DNA of 64,000 nt, taken from contig JBMNFY010000017.1 of NCBI GenBank assembly GCA_050949565.1, positions 960,001-1,024,000 on the forward strand, in the 5' to 3' direction. This document shows, in pieces, positions 18,638-30,100 of the stretch. The position numbers and the translations under genes were made by a program. This DNA comes from Kiritimatiellia bacterium. Lineage in GTDB: Bacteria > Verrucomicrobiota > Kiritimatiellia > RFP12 > UBA1067. Each line of letters starts with the position of its first letter. Position 1 is the stretch's first letter. The notes beneath the pieces are model-generated. The model saw only the letters and a list, made by a program, of their open reading frames with translations. It had not been told where the DNA came from and did no database searches.

Positions 18638-19893
18638 GCCAGACTTGCGAAGCGCCGGGAGGGGCAAGCGTCTGCTTGACCGGCGGCGGCCGCGCCGCCG
18701 CTTCTGAACGCAGAACGTCGAACGCAGAACGCCCAACGCAGAAGTTAAAAACTCCTAAATCCTCACTCCTAAACGTCAACTCCGCGCACGGTGCGGAATA
18801 CCGCATCCAAGTTTTTTCGCCAGACTTGCGAAGCGCCGGGAGGGGCAAGCGTCTGCTTGACCGGCGGCGGCCGCGCCGCCGCTTCTGAACGCAGAACGTC
18901 GAACGCAGAACGCCCAACGCAGAAGTTAAAAACTCCTAAATCCTCACTCCTAAATATCAACTCCGCGCATAGCGCGGAATACCGCATCCAAGTTTTTTCG
19001 CCAGACTTGCGAAGCGCCGGGAGGGGCAAGCGTCTGCTTGACCGGCGGCGGCCGCGCCGCCGCTTCTGAACGCAGAACGTCGAACGCAGAACGCCCAACG
19101 CAGAAGTGAAAAACTCCTAAATCCTCACTCCTAAACGTCAACTCCGCGCACGGTGCGGAATACCGCATCCAAATTCATTCGCCAGACTTGCGAAGCACCG
19201 GGAGGGGCAAGCGTCTGCTTGACCGGCGGCGGCCGCGCCGCCGCTTCTGAACGCAGAACGTCGAACGCAGAACGCCCAACGCAGAAGTGAAAAACTCCTA
19301 AATCCTCACTCCTAAATATCAACTCCGCGCACGGTGCGGAATACCGCATCCAAGTTTTTTCGCCAGACTTGCGAAGCACCGGGAGGGGCAAGCGTCTGCT
19401 TGACCGGCGGCGGCCGCGCCGCCGCTTCTGAACGCAGAACGTCGAACGCAGAACGCCCAACGCAGAAGTTAAAAACTCCTAAATCCTCACTCCTAAATAT
19501 CAACTCCGCGCATAGCGCGGAATACCGCTTGCCGCCGCATTCCAAATTCATTCGCCAGACTTGCGAAGCACCGGGAGGGGCAAGCGTCTGCTTGACCGGC
19601 GGCGGCCGCGCCGCCGCTTCTGAACGCAGAACGTCGAACGCAGAACGCCCAACGCAGAAGTTAAAAACTCCTAAATCCTCACTCCTAAACGTCAACTCCG
19701 CGCACGGTGCGGAATACCGCATCCAAGTTTTTTCGCCAGACTTGCGAAGCGCCGGGAGGGGCAAGCGTCTGCTTGACCGGCGGCGGCCGCGCCGCCGCTT
19801 CTGAACGCAGAACGTCGAACGCAGAACGCCCAACGCAGAAGTGAAAAACTCCTAAATCCTCACTCCTAAATGTCAACTCCGCGCGTAGCGCGG
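18638..19893. repeat. Tandem array of 7 units of ~181 bp built from REP palindromes and short tandem modules
   Basis: Unit starts (GCCAGACTTGCGAAGC) at 18638, 18819, 19000, 19181, 19362, 19554, 19735. Confidence 0.95.
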
Positions 19894-20868
19894 TTAGAAC
19901 AGTTCGCGGTAGAAGGGAGCCCAGTAGGAGAGCAGGAGATCGGCACCGGCGCGTTCAATCGCGGCCAGTGATTCGCGGGCCATGTCGTGAAGATCGCCCC
20001 AACCGCGCGCGGCTGTCGCGTGGATCATGCTGTACTCGCCGCTGACGTTGTACGCGGCGACCGGCAGGTCCGTACGGCGGCGCACCTCGGCCAGTACATC
20101 CAGATAGAAAAGCGCAGGCTTGACCATCAGGATGTCGGCCCCCTCCTCTTCGTCGAACTCCGATTCGCGCAAGGCGGCGCGCGGGTTGCCCCAAGAAGCT
20201 TGATAACCCTTACGGTCGCCAGCCGACGGCGCTGAGTTTTCTGCGTCGCGGAATGGGCCGTAAAGCGACGAGGCGAACTTGGTGGAGTAGGCCATCAACA
20301 ACGTTTGTTCGAGGCCGTTCTCCGTCAACGCCTCGCGGATGCACCGCACTTGCCCATCCATCATGGCGCTCGGCGCCACCACATCCGCTCCGGCGACAGC
20401 GTGCGACACCGCCACGCGGGCGAGCAGTCCGTTGGCCGCATCGTTGTCCACCTGGCCATGCCGATCAAGCGGACCGCAATGGCCATGCTCGGTATAGGCG
20501 CACAGGCAGACGTCGGTCATCACCACCAGTTCGGGGAAGGCGCGTTTGATCGCCGGCACGGCACGCTGCACGACACCGCGATCATCAAAGGCGCCGCTGC
20601 CGCCCGCATCCTTGGCGCCTTCCGTCTGGCCAAACAGCAACACCCCGCCAATCCCCTGCTCGGCAACCGGTTCCAGTTCGCGCAACAGGACATCCACGCT
20701 CATCCGGTTTTGTCCCGGCATGGAATCGATTGGCTCGCAACGCCGTTCGCCCTCGACCACAAAGAGCGGCCAGACAAACTTGGCGGGCGATGGAGGCGGA
20801 GCGTCAAACAGACGCCGGATTGCAGGTGAGCGGCGCAGACGGCGCAGACGGACATCGGGGAAACGCAT
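19894..20868 (-). CDS. hemB: Porphobilinogen synthase
   Basis: DVCLCAYTEHGHCG, APSAMMDG, YGPFRDA, MVKPA, AYNVSGEY. Confidence 0.97.
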   Translation of the reverse strand: MRFPDVRLRRLRRSPAIRRLFDAPPPSPAKFVWPLFVVEGERRCEPIDSMPGQNRMSVDVLLRELEPVAEQGIGGVLLFGQTEGAKDAGGSGAFDDRGVVQRAVPAIKRAFPELVVMTDVCLCAYTEHGHCGPLDRHGQVDNDAANGLLARVAVSHAVAGADVVAPSAMMDGQVRCIREALTENGLEQTLLMAYSTKFASSLYGPFRDAENSAPSAGDRKGYQASWGNPRAALRESEFDEEEGADILMVKPALFYLDVLAEVRRRTDLPVAAYNVSGEYSMIHATAARGWGDLHDMARESLAAIERAGADLLLSYWAPFYRELF

Positions 20869-20879
20869 GAACAAACTCC

Positions 20880-21500
20880 TCAATCCGGGATGAACAGCAC
20901 CTGCCCGACACGGATGTGCGAGGGATTACTGATTTTATTGGCCTTCATGATCGAGTCGATGCTCTTGCCATACCCGCGGGCAATCTCGGACAAGGTCTGT
21001 CCGCGCGTGACCGTATGCTCATAGCCCGAGCCGGAGCGGGCGGGTGTCGCCGCCGCCCCGCCGGACGGCGCTGCGGCGGCGCGCGCGGCGTTGATCTCGG
21101 CCTGCTGGCGGGCGGCGATGGACTCAATGCGCGTCGCCAAGTCACTCGTAATTTCATTGCGTAGCGAATCGCGTTCGGTACGCAGGGCCTGCATGTCACG
21201 CCGCAAGGCTGCGATCTCATCGGACGGCTGGGATGCAGCCGCACTCTGCGCCTCCAAGCGCGCCAGACGCGCCTCCAGCAACTCTTGGTTGCGGTTCAGC
21301 ACCATAAGCTGCTCCGAGAGTTGCCGGAACTCCATGCTCATCTGCTGGGTATCAACGGCGATACGCGCCACTTCCGGATCACGCCGCAGTTGCTGCTGGG
21401 GCGGAAAGATTCTTCCGTCCACCATCGGCCCGGTACATCCGGCCACCAAGAAGAGTACACCGCATCCGACAGCGCACGCCACCCATTGCCTCAATCTCAT
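20880..21500 (-). CDS. Coiled-coil LysM lipoprotein
   Basis: Lipobox LVAGC; HTVTRGQTLSEIA...IRVGQVLFIP. Confidence 0.85.
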   Translation of the reverse strand: MRLRQWVACAVGCGVLFLVAGCTGPMVDGRIFPPQQQLRRDPEVARIAVDTQQMSMEFRQLSEQLMVLNRNQELLEARLARLEAQSAAASQPSDEIAALRRDMQALRTERDSLRNEITSDLATRIESIAARQQAEINAARAAAAPSGGAAATPARSGSGYEHTVTRGQTLSEIARGYGKSIDSIMKANKISNPSHIRVGQVLFIPD

Positions 21501-21511
21501 CTCGCTCCTCC

Positions 21512-21844
21512 TCACGCGCTGGGTATCACGTAAAAAATCAGCCACACCAGCGCCATTACTCCGAGAAACATCAAAAACGAACGTTGCCGACGCTCCGCGA
21601 TATCGTCCGCCGTAGTACGCCGCAACTGCTTCAAACCGCCCGCTGAAATGTAGTGGAAGAGCTTCTTCCGACCGCCCACCTCACCGGAGCCGCCTCGTTT
21701 ACGGAACGTCTGCGCCCGGTCATCGTCCTCTACCTCGCGGACATCCAAACGCCAGCCGATCGCCGAGCGTTCCGCCCGGTGATCACTCACGAAGACATTG
21801 GAGGTTCCTGGCTTCAGGAGCGGCTTGCCCGATTTTACTGCCAT
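21512..21844 (-). CDS. Hypothetical protein with C-terminal TM helix
   Basis: In operon between two LysM genes; hydrophobic C-terminus. Confidence 0.6.
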   Translation of the reverse strand: MAVKSGKPLLKPGTSNVFVSDHRAERSAIGWRLDVREVEDDDRAQTFRKRGGSGEVGGRKKLFHYISAGGLKQLRRTTADDIAERRQRSFLMFLGVMALVWLIFYVIPSA

Positions 21845-21858
21845 GGGTCACTCCATCC

Positions 21859-23049
21859 TTACGGCACCACAATGATCTGTCCTGCGCGGATGCGTCCGTC
21901 CGGATCAATGCGGGTACGGTTCGCCTCACGGATCTTCTTCCACTGGGTCGCGTCCCCGTAAAACCTTTCGGCGACACGGAACAGGGAGTCTCCCGGCTGC
22001 ACCACATAGGTCCGCGGACTCTTCTCCGCACTGGCGGTCTTATTTTTCTTCTGGTCGCGTCCGAAGAGCGACAAGGCAGACGAAAGATCGGGAGTGTCTT
22101 CCTCTTCCTTAGCGACCCCGCCGCCCGCCTGTGCGGGCTTTACAGTCTGTGCGGGCTTCGTAGTCTTCGCGGGAGCACGTGCTTCGCGAGCCGCATCCCG
22201 CGCGCTGATGCGCGGCTCCTCGCGCGTCTGATTCCGGGCACCGGTGATCTGAGCCTCGACTTTTTTGAGCACCGACTCGGTCGACGGCATATCCGTCGGC
22301 GGCGGTCTGCGCACCGGTGGCGGCGGCTGACCGCCCTCGCGCGCCAGCGTTTCCGCCTCTTCGCGCAGTGTGCGCAACTGTTTGGCATCGCTGGAAGGGA
22401 CAGAGGTGCCGCTCTCTTGACGTGCGGTTGCCGCGACTTCGCGTGCGGACGGCGTCGCGGTCGTCCCGTCTGCTTCACTCACGCGCATCTTACGGAGCAG
22501 GTCGCGCAGCCGTTCGTTGTCAGCGCGCAGGTCGGTCAACTCTTTGTCGGACTTAGCCTTCTCTTCCAGCAGCACCGACTTCTCGCCCTGCAACGAGGTG
22601 ATGGCCAGATTCAGCCGCTCATTCTCCTTGAGCAGATGAGCCTGCGTCAAGCCTTGCACGGAGTCCCCCACCTTCTTCAGGATCTGCGGGGCGAGCCGCT
22701 GCTCGGCGATTCGGATGCGATCCTGCGCCAGTGTGCTTTTTTCCGACTCCGGGCGCAACGCCAAATACTGCTTGTAGTGGTAGATCGCGCCGAAATAATC
22801 CTCCACGTGATCCTGCAACAGTGTCGCAAGTTGAAAGTGCGCAGAGAAGGAGCGCGGTTCCTCGATCAATACTTTATTAAAAAGCCGTACGGCTTCATCA
22901 ATGTCGCCTGACTGTTCTGCTGCGATCGCCTTGCGGTAGAGCGCCGATCCGCGTTCATCCCGCTCAGTATCAGCGATTCCCGGGCCGCCGCAGCCAATCA
23001 GCAAGGCGCCAAAAACCATCATCAACATCGTGTGCCACATTCGACGCAT
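21859..23049 (-). CDS. TPR + coiled-coil + LysM lipoprotein
   Basis: Lipobox LLIGC, TPR-like helices, YVVQPGDSL...GQIIVVP. Confidence 0.85.
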   Translation of the reverse strand: MRRMWHTMLMMVFGALLIGCGGPGIADTERDERGSALYRKAIAAEQSGDIDEAVRLFNKVLIEEPRSFSAHFQLATLLQDHVEDYFGAIYHYKQYLALRPESEKSTLAQDRIRIAEQRLAPQILKKVGDSVQGLTQAHLLKENERLNLAITSLQGEKSVLLEEKAKSDKELTDLRADNERLRDLLRKMRVSEADGTTATPSAREVAATARQESGTSVPSSDAKQLRTLREEAETLAREGGQPPPPVRRPPPTDMPSTESVLKKVEAQITGARNQTREEPRISARDAAREARAPAKTTKPAQTVKPAQAGGGVAKEEEDTPDLSSALSLFGRDQKKNKTASAEKSPRTYVVQPGDSLFRVAERFYGDATQWKKIREANRTRIDPDGRIRAGQIIVVP

Positions 23050-23214
23050 CGGCCCTGCTCCATGAAAGATAGAAAATGGTTACCTCATTTTTCGTTTGGT
23101 TTACACGCCCGGCTCGCCTATCATGTGGCCTGTTCTGGAAACGAGGCCGGCTTCAGCCAAGCTGAAAAACAATCGAAAAAAAGTGAACTCCTTATTGTAC
23201 CTAACTCGCCGAGA

Positions 23215-25026
23215 ATGACCACCCAAAACACGAAAAATCTTTGGTCTGCCGCACAAGCCTGTCTGGGCGCCACCGGCTCGCTGAGCGTGATCATGCCCGC
23301 CTACGGGCTGGAGACGGTCATCGAACGCAATATCGAAACCGTCTGCCGCCTTCTTGAGGGGAACATACCCTTCGAGGTGCTGCCCGTTGATGACGGTAGC
23401 CGCGATGGCACCGCAGCGGCTATACGCCGCGCCGCAGCCCGCGACCCAGACCACGTCCATCCGGTCTTCGTGCAGGTCAACGCCGGCAAGGGCAACGCGC
23501 TGAAATGTGGTTTCGCGGCGGCACGCGGTTCGCACATCCTGCTGCTGGACGCTGATCTTGACCTTGATCCGGTTCGCATCACCACTTTCTTCGACATCAT
23601 GGCTGAAAAGCAGGCCGCCATCGTCATCGGTTCGAAACGCCACCCGGATTCGGTGATCGACTACCCCTGGCACCGCCGCCTCTCTAGTGTGATCTACTAC
23701 ACAATCGTGCGCCTGTTGATCGGTCTGCCGATCTCCGATACCCAGACCGGCATGAAACTCTTCACGCGCGAAGCGCTCGCCTGGTCCTTCGAACGCATGC
23801 TCGTCAAAACGTTCGCCTTCGACCTCGAGGTGCTCTCCATCGCCCACGCCCAAGGATACACCGTAGCCGAGGCTCCCATCGAGATGCATTTCGGCGAAAA
23901 AATCGGGTGCCTCTCCTGGACCAACGTCAAGCAGGTCATGATCGACACGCTCGCCATCTTCTACCGCCTACGTATCCTGCGCTACTACGACAGCGTCGAG
24001 ATCGCGCCCCCGCCCGAAAAGCCCCTGTTCGTCTCGGTCGTGATCGCCTGTCCCGGCCCCAGCCCCTACCTCACCGAGTGCCTCGATGCCCTCGCGCTCC
24101 AGACCTATCCCCATTTTGAAGTCCTCGTTCTGCCTGACGCCCCTTGCGACCTCGGCCCAGTGCCTTTCACGTTGCACGTCATCCCCACCGGCAAAATCCG
24201 GCCAGCCGAAAAGCGTAACATCGGCATCCAGCAAGCGCGCGGCGAGGTGGTCGCCTTCCTCGATGACGACGCCTATCCGGTTCCGGCTTGGATCGAGCAG
24301 GCGATCAAGTACTTCACGATGCCGGATGTCGGCGGCGTCGGCGGCCCAGGCGTCACGCCGCCCGGCGACCCCTTCCTCGGCCAAGCCAGCGGACGCGTCT
24401 ACGCCAACCCGCTGGTCTCCGGCAACTACCGCTATCGCTATCTCGGCGACCGCGTACGCGCCAGCATCGACGACTTCCCGAGCTGCAACCTGTTTGTGCG
24501 CACCGATGTGCTGCGCGCCATCGGCGGATACCGCACCGATTTCTGGCCGGGCGAGGACACCATCCTTTGCGCCGACATCGCGATCGGGCAGAAACGGCGC
24601 ATCATCTACGATCCCTGGGTGCAGGTCTTCCACCACCGCCGACCGCTCTTCGGCCCGCATCTGCGCCAGATCGGCCGCTACGCCCTGCACCGGGGCTACT
24701 TCGCCAAGCGCTTTCCGGCCACCTCGCTGCGCATCAGCTACCTGATCCCCACCTTCTTCGTGTTGGGTCTCGTGGTCGGTGCCGTGCTGGCCTGCCTCCA
24801 TCCCTGGTTGCGCATCGCCTACTTTGCCGTGCTGGCTTTCTATCTATTGATCACCTTTATCTCCTCGGTTTCTCTTTCGCCCGCACTCTGGTTGGTGACT
24901 TGGCTCGGCGTCATAGCCACACACGTGGTTTACGGTGTACGCTTCGCCCAAGGGCTGCTCGCACGCCGTATGCCCTGCGAAGTCGCTGCCTTCGACCACC
25001 CCTCCGAAACCACGGCAAACGATTAG
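23215..25026 (+). CDS. Tandem GT2 glycosyltransferase with C-terminal TM helices
   Basis: SVIMPAY, VDDGSRDGT, LLDADL; second domain FLDDDA, PGED. Confidence 0.85.
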   Translation: MTTQNTKNLWSAAQACLGATGSLSVIMPAYGLETVIERNIETVCRLLEGNIPFEVLPVDDGSRDGTAAAIRRAAARDPDHVHPVFVQVNAGKGNALKCGFAAARGSHILLLDADLDLDPVRITTFFDIMAEKQAAIVIGSKRHPDSVIDYPWHRRLSSVIYYTIVRLLIGLPISDTQTGMKLFTREALAWSFERMLVKTFAFDLEVLSIAHAQGYTVAEAPIEMHFGEKIGCLSWTNVKQVMIDTLAIFYRLRILRYYDSVEIAPPPEKPLFVSVVIACPGPSPYLTECLDALALQTYPHFEVLVLPDAPCDLGPVPFTLHVIPTGKIRPAEKRNIGIQQARGEVVAFLDDDAYPVPAWIEQAIKYFTMPDVGGVGGPGVTPPGDPFLGQASGRVYANPLVSGNYRYRYLGDRVRASIDDFPSCNLFVRTDVLRAIGGYRTDFWPGEDTILCADIAIGQKRRIIYDPWVQVFHHRRPLFGPHLRQIGRYALHRGYFAKRFPATSLRISYLIPTFFVLGLVVGAVLACLHPWLRIAYFAVLAFYLLITFISSVSLSPALWLVTWLGVIATHVVYGVRFAQGLLARRMPCEVAAFDHPSETTAND

Positions 25027-25079
25027 TCATGCGGATTACCCATTCGGCGTCCAACGCCGATTTATCACAAGGAGCCATC

Positions 25080-27041
25080 ATGATTGTTATCAGACACGCT
25101 TGCAAAACCCCTCGTGACATGGGCGTCCCGCCCGTGAAACACGGGCGAGATGCCCGTGCCACACCCGCGAGCAGGTGGTTTGGCAAGAGCCGCATCAGTC
25201 TCATCCTCCTCATCACCTGCGCCGTCAGCCCGCTGTTCGCACAACGCGCGACCGAACCGACACTTGATGCCGTCGCCGCTGCGCTGCGTCAAGCACCGCC
25301 CGCCCATCCGCGCCTGTTCGCGGATGCCGCCGGTTTCGCCGCGCTGAAAGAAAACGCTGCCGCCGATCCCCTCACGCGTGCCGCACTCGATCGCCTGTTG
25401 CACGACGCCGACCTGATGCTCAAGCAACCGCCCAACACGCGCGAGATGGAAGGGCGTCGTCTGCTCGGTGTTTCGCGCAGTGTCCTCTACCGCGTCTCCA
25501 CCCTCGCCATGGCCTACCGTCTCAAAGGCACCCCCGCATACCGCGACCGCTGCGCTGCCGAACTGCTGGCCGCAGCCGCCTTCACCGACTGGAATCCCTC
25601 GCACTTCCTCGACGTGGCCGAAATGTCCCTCGCGCTGGCCGTCGGCTACGATTGGCTGTATCACGATCTCGACCCCGCGACACGCGACACGCTGGCCGCC
25701 GCTCTCATGGAAAAGGGATTACGCACCTCGCTCAAACACACCGGCTGGGTCAGAGCCAGCAACAACTGGGGACAAGTTTGCCACGCCGGCATGCTCGCCG
25801 CCGCGCTGGCCCTGCAAGAGCGCGATGCCGCGCTCGCCGCCGAAATCACACACCGCGCCATCGTGAACCTGCCGCGCTCCATGCGCGCCTTCGCACCCAA
25901 AGGCTGCTATCCCGAAGGCCCGGGATACTGGTCGTACGGCACCGACTTCAACGTGCTGGCCATCGCGCTGCTCGAAGGTGTGCTCGGCTCCGATTTCGGT
26001 CTGACCGCCCTCCCCGGCTTCACCGCCACCGCCGACTATCTCGACCTCGTGACCGGTCCCTCCGACATGACCTTCAACTACGCAGATGGCGGCATGCGGC
26101 GCAGTACCGACTGCGCCACCTGGTGGTTCGCCAAGCGGTTCGACCGCCCCGACCTGCTCGCCTACTTTGAAAAGGAAGCCTTCCTGCGCTACTGCGCGGC
26201 ACGTCCCACCACGTCGGGCCGAAGCGCCGACCGCCTCTTCGCCTTCTCGCTGTTCTGGCTGCGCCCCGTTCCGGAAGGCATCACACCGCGCGCGCCGCTC
26301 ACCTGGCACTCGGAAGGCCCCGTCCCGATCACCATCCAGCGTACCACCTGGGACAACCGGACCGCGCTGTTCGTCGGACTGAAGGCCGGTTCGCCCTCCG
26401 GGCCCCACGGCCACATGGACGCCGGTTCGTTTGTGCTCGACGCCGAAGGGGTCCGCTGGGCCTACGATCTCGGTGCCGAAGGTTACCACGGCATCGAGTC
26501 ACGCGGCATGAAGCTCTGGAGCAGCGCACAGGATGCCGACCGCTGGCGCATCTTCCGTCTGAACAACCTCAGCCACAACACGCTGGTGATCGACGGCCAA
26601 CTCCAACTCGCCAAAGGTAAGGCGCTGGTCCGCTCATTCCGAGAAGGGCCTGAATCCGAAGCCGTGCTCGACCTCACACCGGTCTACACGAACGCATCAA
26701 AAGTGATACGTACCGGCACGCTGCTTGCGAACGGCACATACCGGCTGACCGATACAATCGAAGGACTGCGGCCCGGCGTAACCGTACGCTGGGGCATGGT
26801 GACCCGCGCCACGCCCGGTCCCGAACGCACCGGCACGCTGACACTTAGCGAAAGCAAAAAGCGTCTCCGTCTCAGCGCACTGCACGATCCCGCAACCGTC
26901 TGGAAAACCTACGAGACCGCCCGTCCGCCCAACGAATGGGATTCGCCCAACCGCGGCACCGTGATGGTCGGCTTCGAGGCGGTTGCTCCCGCCTCCGGCG
27001 CGCTCTCCTTCGCGGTTCTCTTCACGCCCGGCTCCCGTTGA
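25080..27041 (+). CDS. Heparinase II/III-family lyase (secreted), MITE inserted in signal peptide
   Basis: HPRL, WNPSHFLD, NNWGQVC, EGPGYWSYG, HGHMDAGSF, SHNTLVIDG; RBS AAGGAG before ATG 25080. Confidence 0.85.
   Translation: MIVIRHACKTPRDMGVPPVKHGRDARATPASRWFGKSRISLILLITCAVSPLFAQRATEPTLDAVAAALRQAPPAHPRLFADAAGFAALKENAAADPLTRAALDRLLHDADLMLKQPPNTREMEGRRLLGVSRSVLYRVSTLAMAYRLKGTPAYRDRCAAELLAAAAFTDWNPSHFLDVAEMSLALAVGYDWLYHDLDPATRDTLAAALMEKGLRTSLKHTGWVRASNNWGQVCHAGMLAAALALQERDAALAAEITHRAIVNLPRSMRAFAPKGCYPEGPGYWSYGTDFNVLAIALLEGVLGSDFGLTALPGFTATADYLDLVTGPSDMTFNYADGGMRRSTDCATWWFAKRFDRPDLLAYFEKEAFLRYCAARPTTSGRSADRLFAFSLFWLRPVPEGITPRAPLTWHSEGPVPITIQRTTWDNRTALFVGLKAGSPSGPHGHMDAGSFVLDAEGVRWAYDLGAEGYHGIESRGMKLWSSAQDADRWRIFRLNNLSHNTLVIDGQLQLAKGKALVRSFREGPESEAVLDLTPVYTNASKVIRTGTLLANGTYRLTDTIEGLRPGVTVRWGMVTRATPGPERTGTLTLSESKKRLRLSALHDPATVWKTYETARPPNEWDSPNRGTVMVGFEAVAPASGALSFAVLFTPGSR
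25093..25193. mobile_element. Small MITE (TIR ~GAGGCGCTTGCAAAACC) carrying a REP doublet, 4-bp TSD ATCA
   Basis: Degenerate TIRs related to 34287-34419; ATCA on both sides. Confidence 0.65.
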
Positions 27042-27117
27042 CTTCCGCGCCCGCGCTGCGCGCGGATTTAGAAGTTAAGATTTAGGATTTAGGATTTAGG
27101 ATTCGTGGTAGAATCAA

Positions 27118-30100
27118 TCACTCGATGGTAAAGACGCGTGTCGCGTGCTCAGCGAAGTCTGTCTCGAACTCCGCTACGTCTTGTGCCACGTATTCGCCGC
27201 TGTAAAGATCGCGCACACATCCGGCGCGCGGTAGGCGCACTTTCCTACGACCGCCTTCCTTGACGCTCACCGCAACCATCTGCCGGTTGGCCCATACCAC
27301 ATCATCGGTTTCGATGTAGGTGTGTACGCCAGCCCCCTCGACGATGGCGCGCATCAGACGCGCCGGCAACAGCGGCGCGGTGGAGAAGACCGAGGTCCAC
27401 CCCTCGCCAGCTTTGACGACCAACCCCGGACGCCCGTCTGACAACGTGCCCAACACCTGCGCACCGGCATCGTCTGCGTAGCAGATCGGCGCATTGGACA
27501 CGCCGGAGCCGTATGTGGTTCCGGCCAGATCTTTCGTCCACCGGTGGCCGCCCGTCACGTTCACGGTGTACGGTGCCGCCGCGCGATCCAGCCGCAACCG
27601 GATGCCAGTCAACGCCTCCATGCCCGACTCATCAAGCCGTCCCTCGCGGTAGAGGCCCGGTACCGCCACGAAAACCAACACGCGGCCATCCCGCTTCAAC
27701 GCATCGATCGCGCGCCGGTCCTGCTCGGTCGGTGCGAAACTGGTCATGATGAAAAGCACCTTGTGGTCGCGCAGTCGCGGCAAATCGGACGCGAGGTAAT
27801 GCCCGACCGGCGCACCGATCCGCGACAGCGCAGGAAGCTGGCCGACCAATAACGGCGCACCCAGCGCTTTGTCGCCGACACGCATCCAACAGAGACTGCG
27901 CTCGTCCACAATCATCGCCACCTCATCCGCCGGTGTACGGTCGAGCGCCTGAATCTCCGAGGCGTTGCGCACCAGTCGCGCGATACGGTCCATCAGCATC
28001 GGATCACCGTACACGTTACTGCCGACATCGAACCACCATTGCGCCGTGCCGTTGACCATCACGTTCGCCAGCTCTTTCTCCTGCTGCACGATGTCGCCCG
28101 CCACGTCAGCCGCCTTGCCCCACGTTCCCGGTGCACCGGGTGCCAGCGAGGTACGGATGTCATTTTCGTCGAACCAGAGTTTGCCGCTCAATGTGACACT
28201 ACCGAGCAACGACATGAAATGGCTGGTCCCCTCACCGCCAAACTGTCGGAAAGCGTAACTGGTTGGACTGGTCAGGAAATCAATGTCGCGAGACGCCAGC
28301 ACTTTCGCCAGCGCCAAGTGTCCGGCATTCTGCTGCCGCTGCTCGCCGCAGAGTTGCAAGAGATACCCGTAGAAAGCCCCGACAACTTTCTTGCGGTGGG
28401 TGAAGCCTTTCACCGCACGCGCAAAGGTGCAGATGGTGTCCGCCACAAGATCGGAGTTGTACAGATAGAAGTCGATCACCGCCTGCTCTTTGGCCGGATC
28501 TCTGAACGAACCGATTTCAGCGTGCTCCCGTTGTGCGCGGGGCGGGATGACAGCGGTGTCGAACGAGACCGCAGGGTCTTGCCACGCTTCGCGTAAGGCG
28601 GTGTCCTTCCGATACTTCGCGCGCAGCCAGTCGCGGAAACGACGGGTATTCACCGGCGAGAAATCCACCCAGTGTCTTTCGTTGCTGCCCCACATCATCC
28701 ACTCTTCGGTCGTGCCCGATGCGAGATGATATCCGATCACGCGGTCGGCATACGGCGAGGCTTCGACATGTTTGATCAGACGACGCAGACCCTCGATGGT
28801 GTCGCGACGCCACTGTTCAGAGGCCCAGCTTGGTGCGAACTTGCCGCCCGAATGGATGAACGGCACGTAGCGTCCGTCGCCGGGATCCATCAGCACGATG
28901 TCGTCAGGATGTCGTTCGCTCCACCACCGCGGCGCGTGCAGGTAGAGACGCGGAAAGAAATAGGCATCGGGGTTTTCGGCCAGCAACATCATGGCGCGCT
29001 CATCAAGTTGTGAGAAGTCATAGGTGTCGGGCGCAGTCCACGCGGTACGCGCAAGCCCGTAGCCGGACTCAGTCGGCGTGGCCGAGAAGGTGTAGAGCGT
29101 GATGCCCGCGCGGGTGAAATCGCGGAACACAGCCGAGGACGGATGATAAGTCGCCCACGCCATACCGTTGTGCGGTTTGCCGTTGATGAAGAGCGTGGGC
29201 ACGCCGTTGTGCGGCTTAACCCGCGCGTTACAGCGTCCCGGTCGACGCGGCACCACCGTTACGGCGGCGACCGCATCATCGGCCGCGCTCCCATCCAAAC
29301 AAATCCGGGCATCGCCCAGGTGCAGCGCCACGACCTGCTCACCGCCCACCGCGTATAGCGGCGTGCTGACCGTCGTCGCCACCCGCACCGCTTCGCCGAC
29401 ACCGACCTGCTTGAGCGTGCGCGGCAACGCAAGCGGTGCGCGGCCCACCTCTTGCCTGCCGCGACGGAAGACCAGGCACGCCTCTTCTTCGGACACCGGT
29501 CGATCAAGCGTAAAGGCAAACGCCACATCGAACGGCTCTCCAGCCTTGATCTTTGCCGGCACCTGAAAATCGGACACACGGGCAGTCGGACGATTGGCGC
29601 TGACCGTTTCAATCGCCGCGACCCGCAGCGCGTAGGTCTGCCCCGTCTTGACATTAAAGGCAATCAGCGCCAGCGAGGTGATTGGAAGATCAAACACCCC
29701 GTCAGCGTCTTTCGACCACGGCGCGACCCGCCATTCGGGCCAAGGGAACTCGACCCATTGCCACTCGCCCGCCGCCGCGAGAGGCACCCGCTGCGCGGTC
29801 CATTCGGAGTTGCGGGCGTCGCGCGCTTTCATAGCCAGTTCGAAGGATGCCCCTTCGTTCTTGACGTACACACGCAGCGCATCGAAGCGCCGAGCGATTC
29901 TGCACGTCAGAAAAATATCATTGAACGCCGTCCCAGGGTTCGGCTCGAACCGCCAGCGCAAGGCCGTGGGCGTGTCCGTCTGCGTCAACTCGCTGACAGC
30001 GAACTCCCGAGTCAGCCGCGCCGCGTCACGCGCAGTCGACCAGACATTTGTCGGCCCACCATCAAAAAGCAGCTCGGACTCCAGCGCTATCGCCGCACCT

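Noticed and set aside
18638-19893. CRISPR array or repeat-protein gene
   Set aside because: Units are near-identical along their whole length with no unique spacers; 181 is not a multiple of 3 and the ORFs are short and frame-rotating
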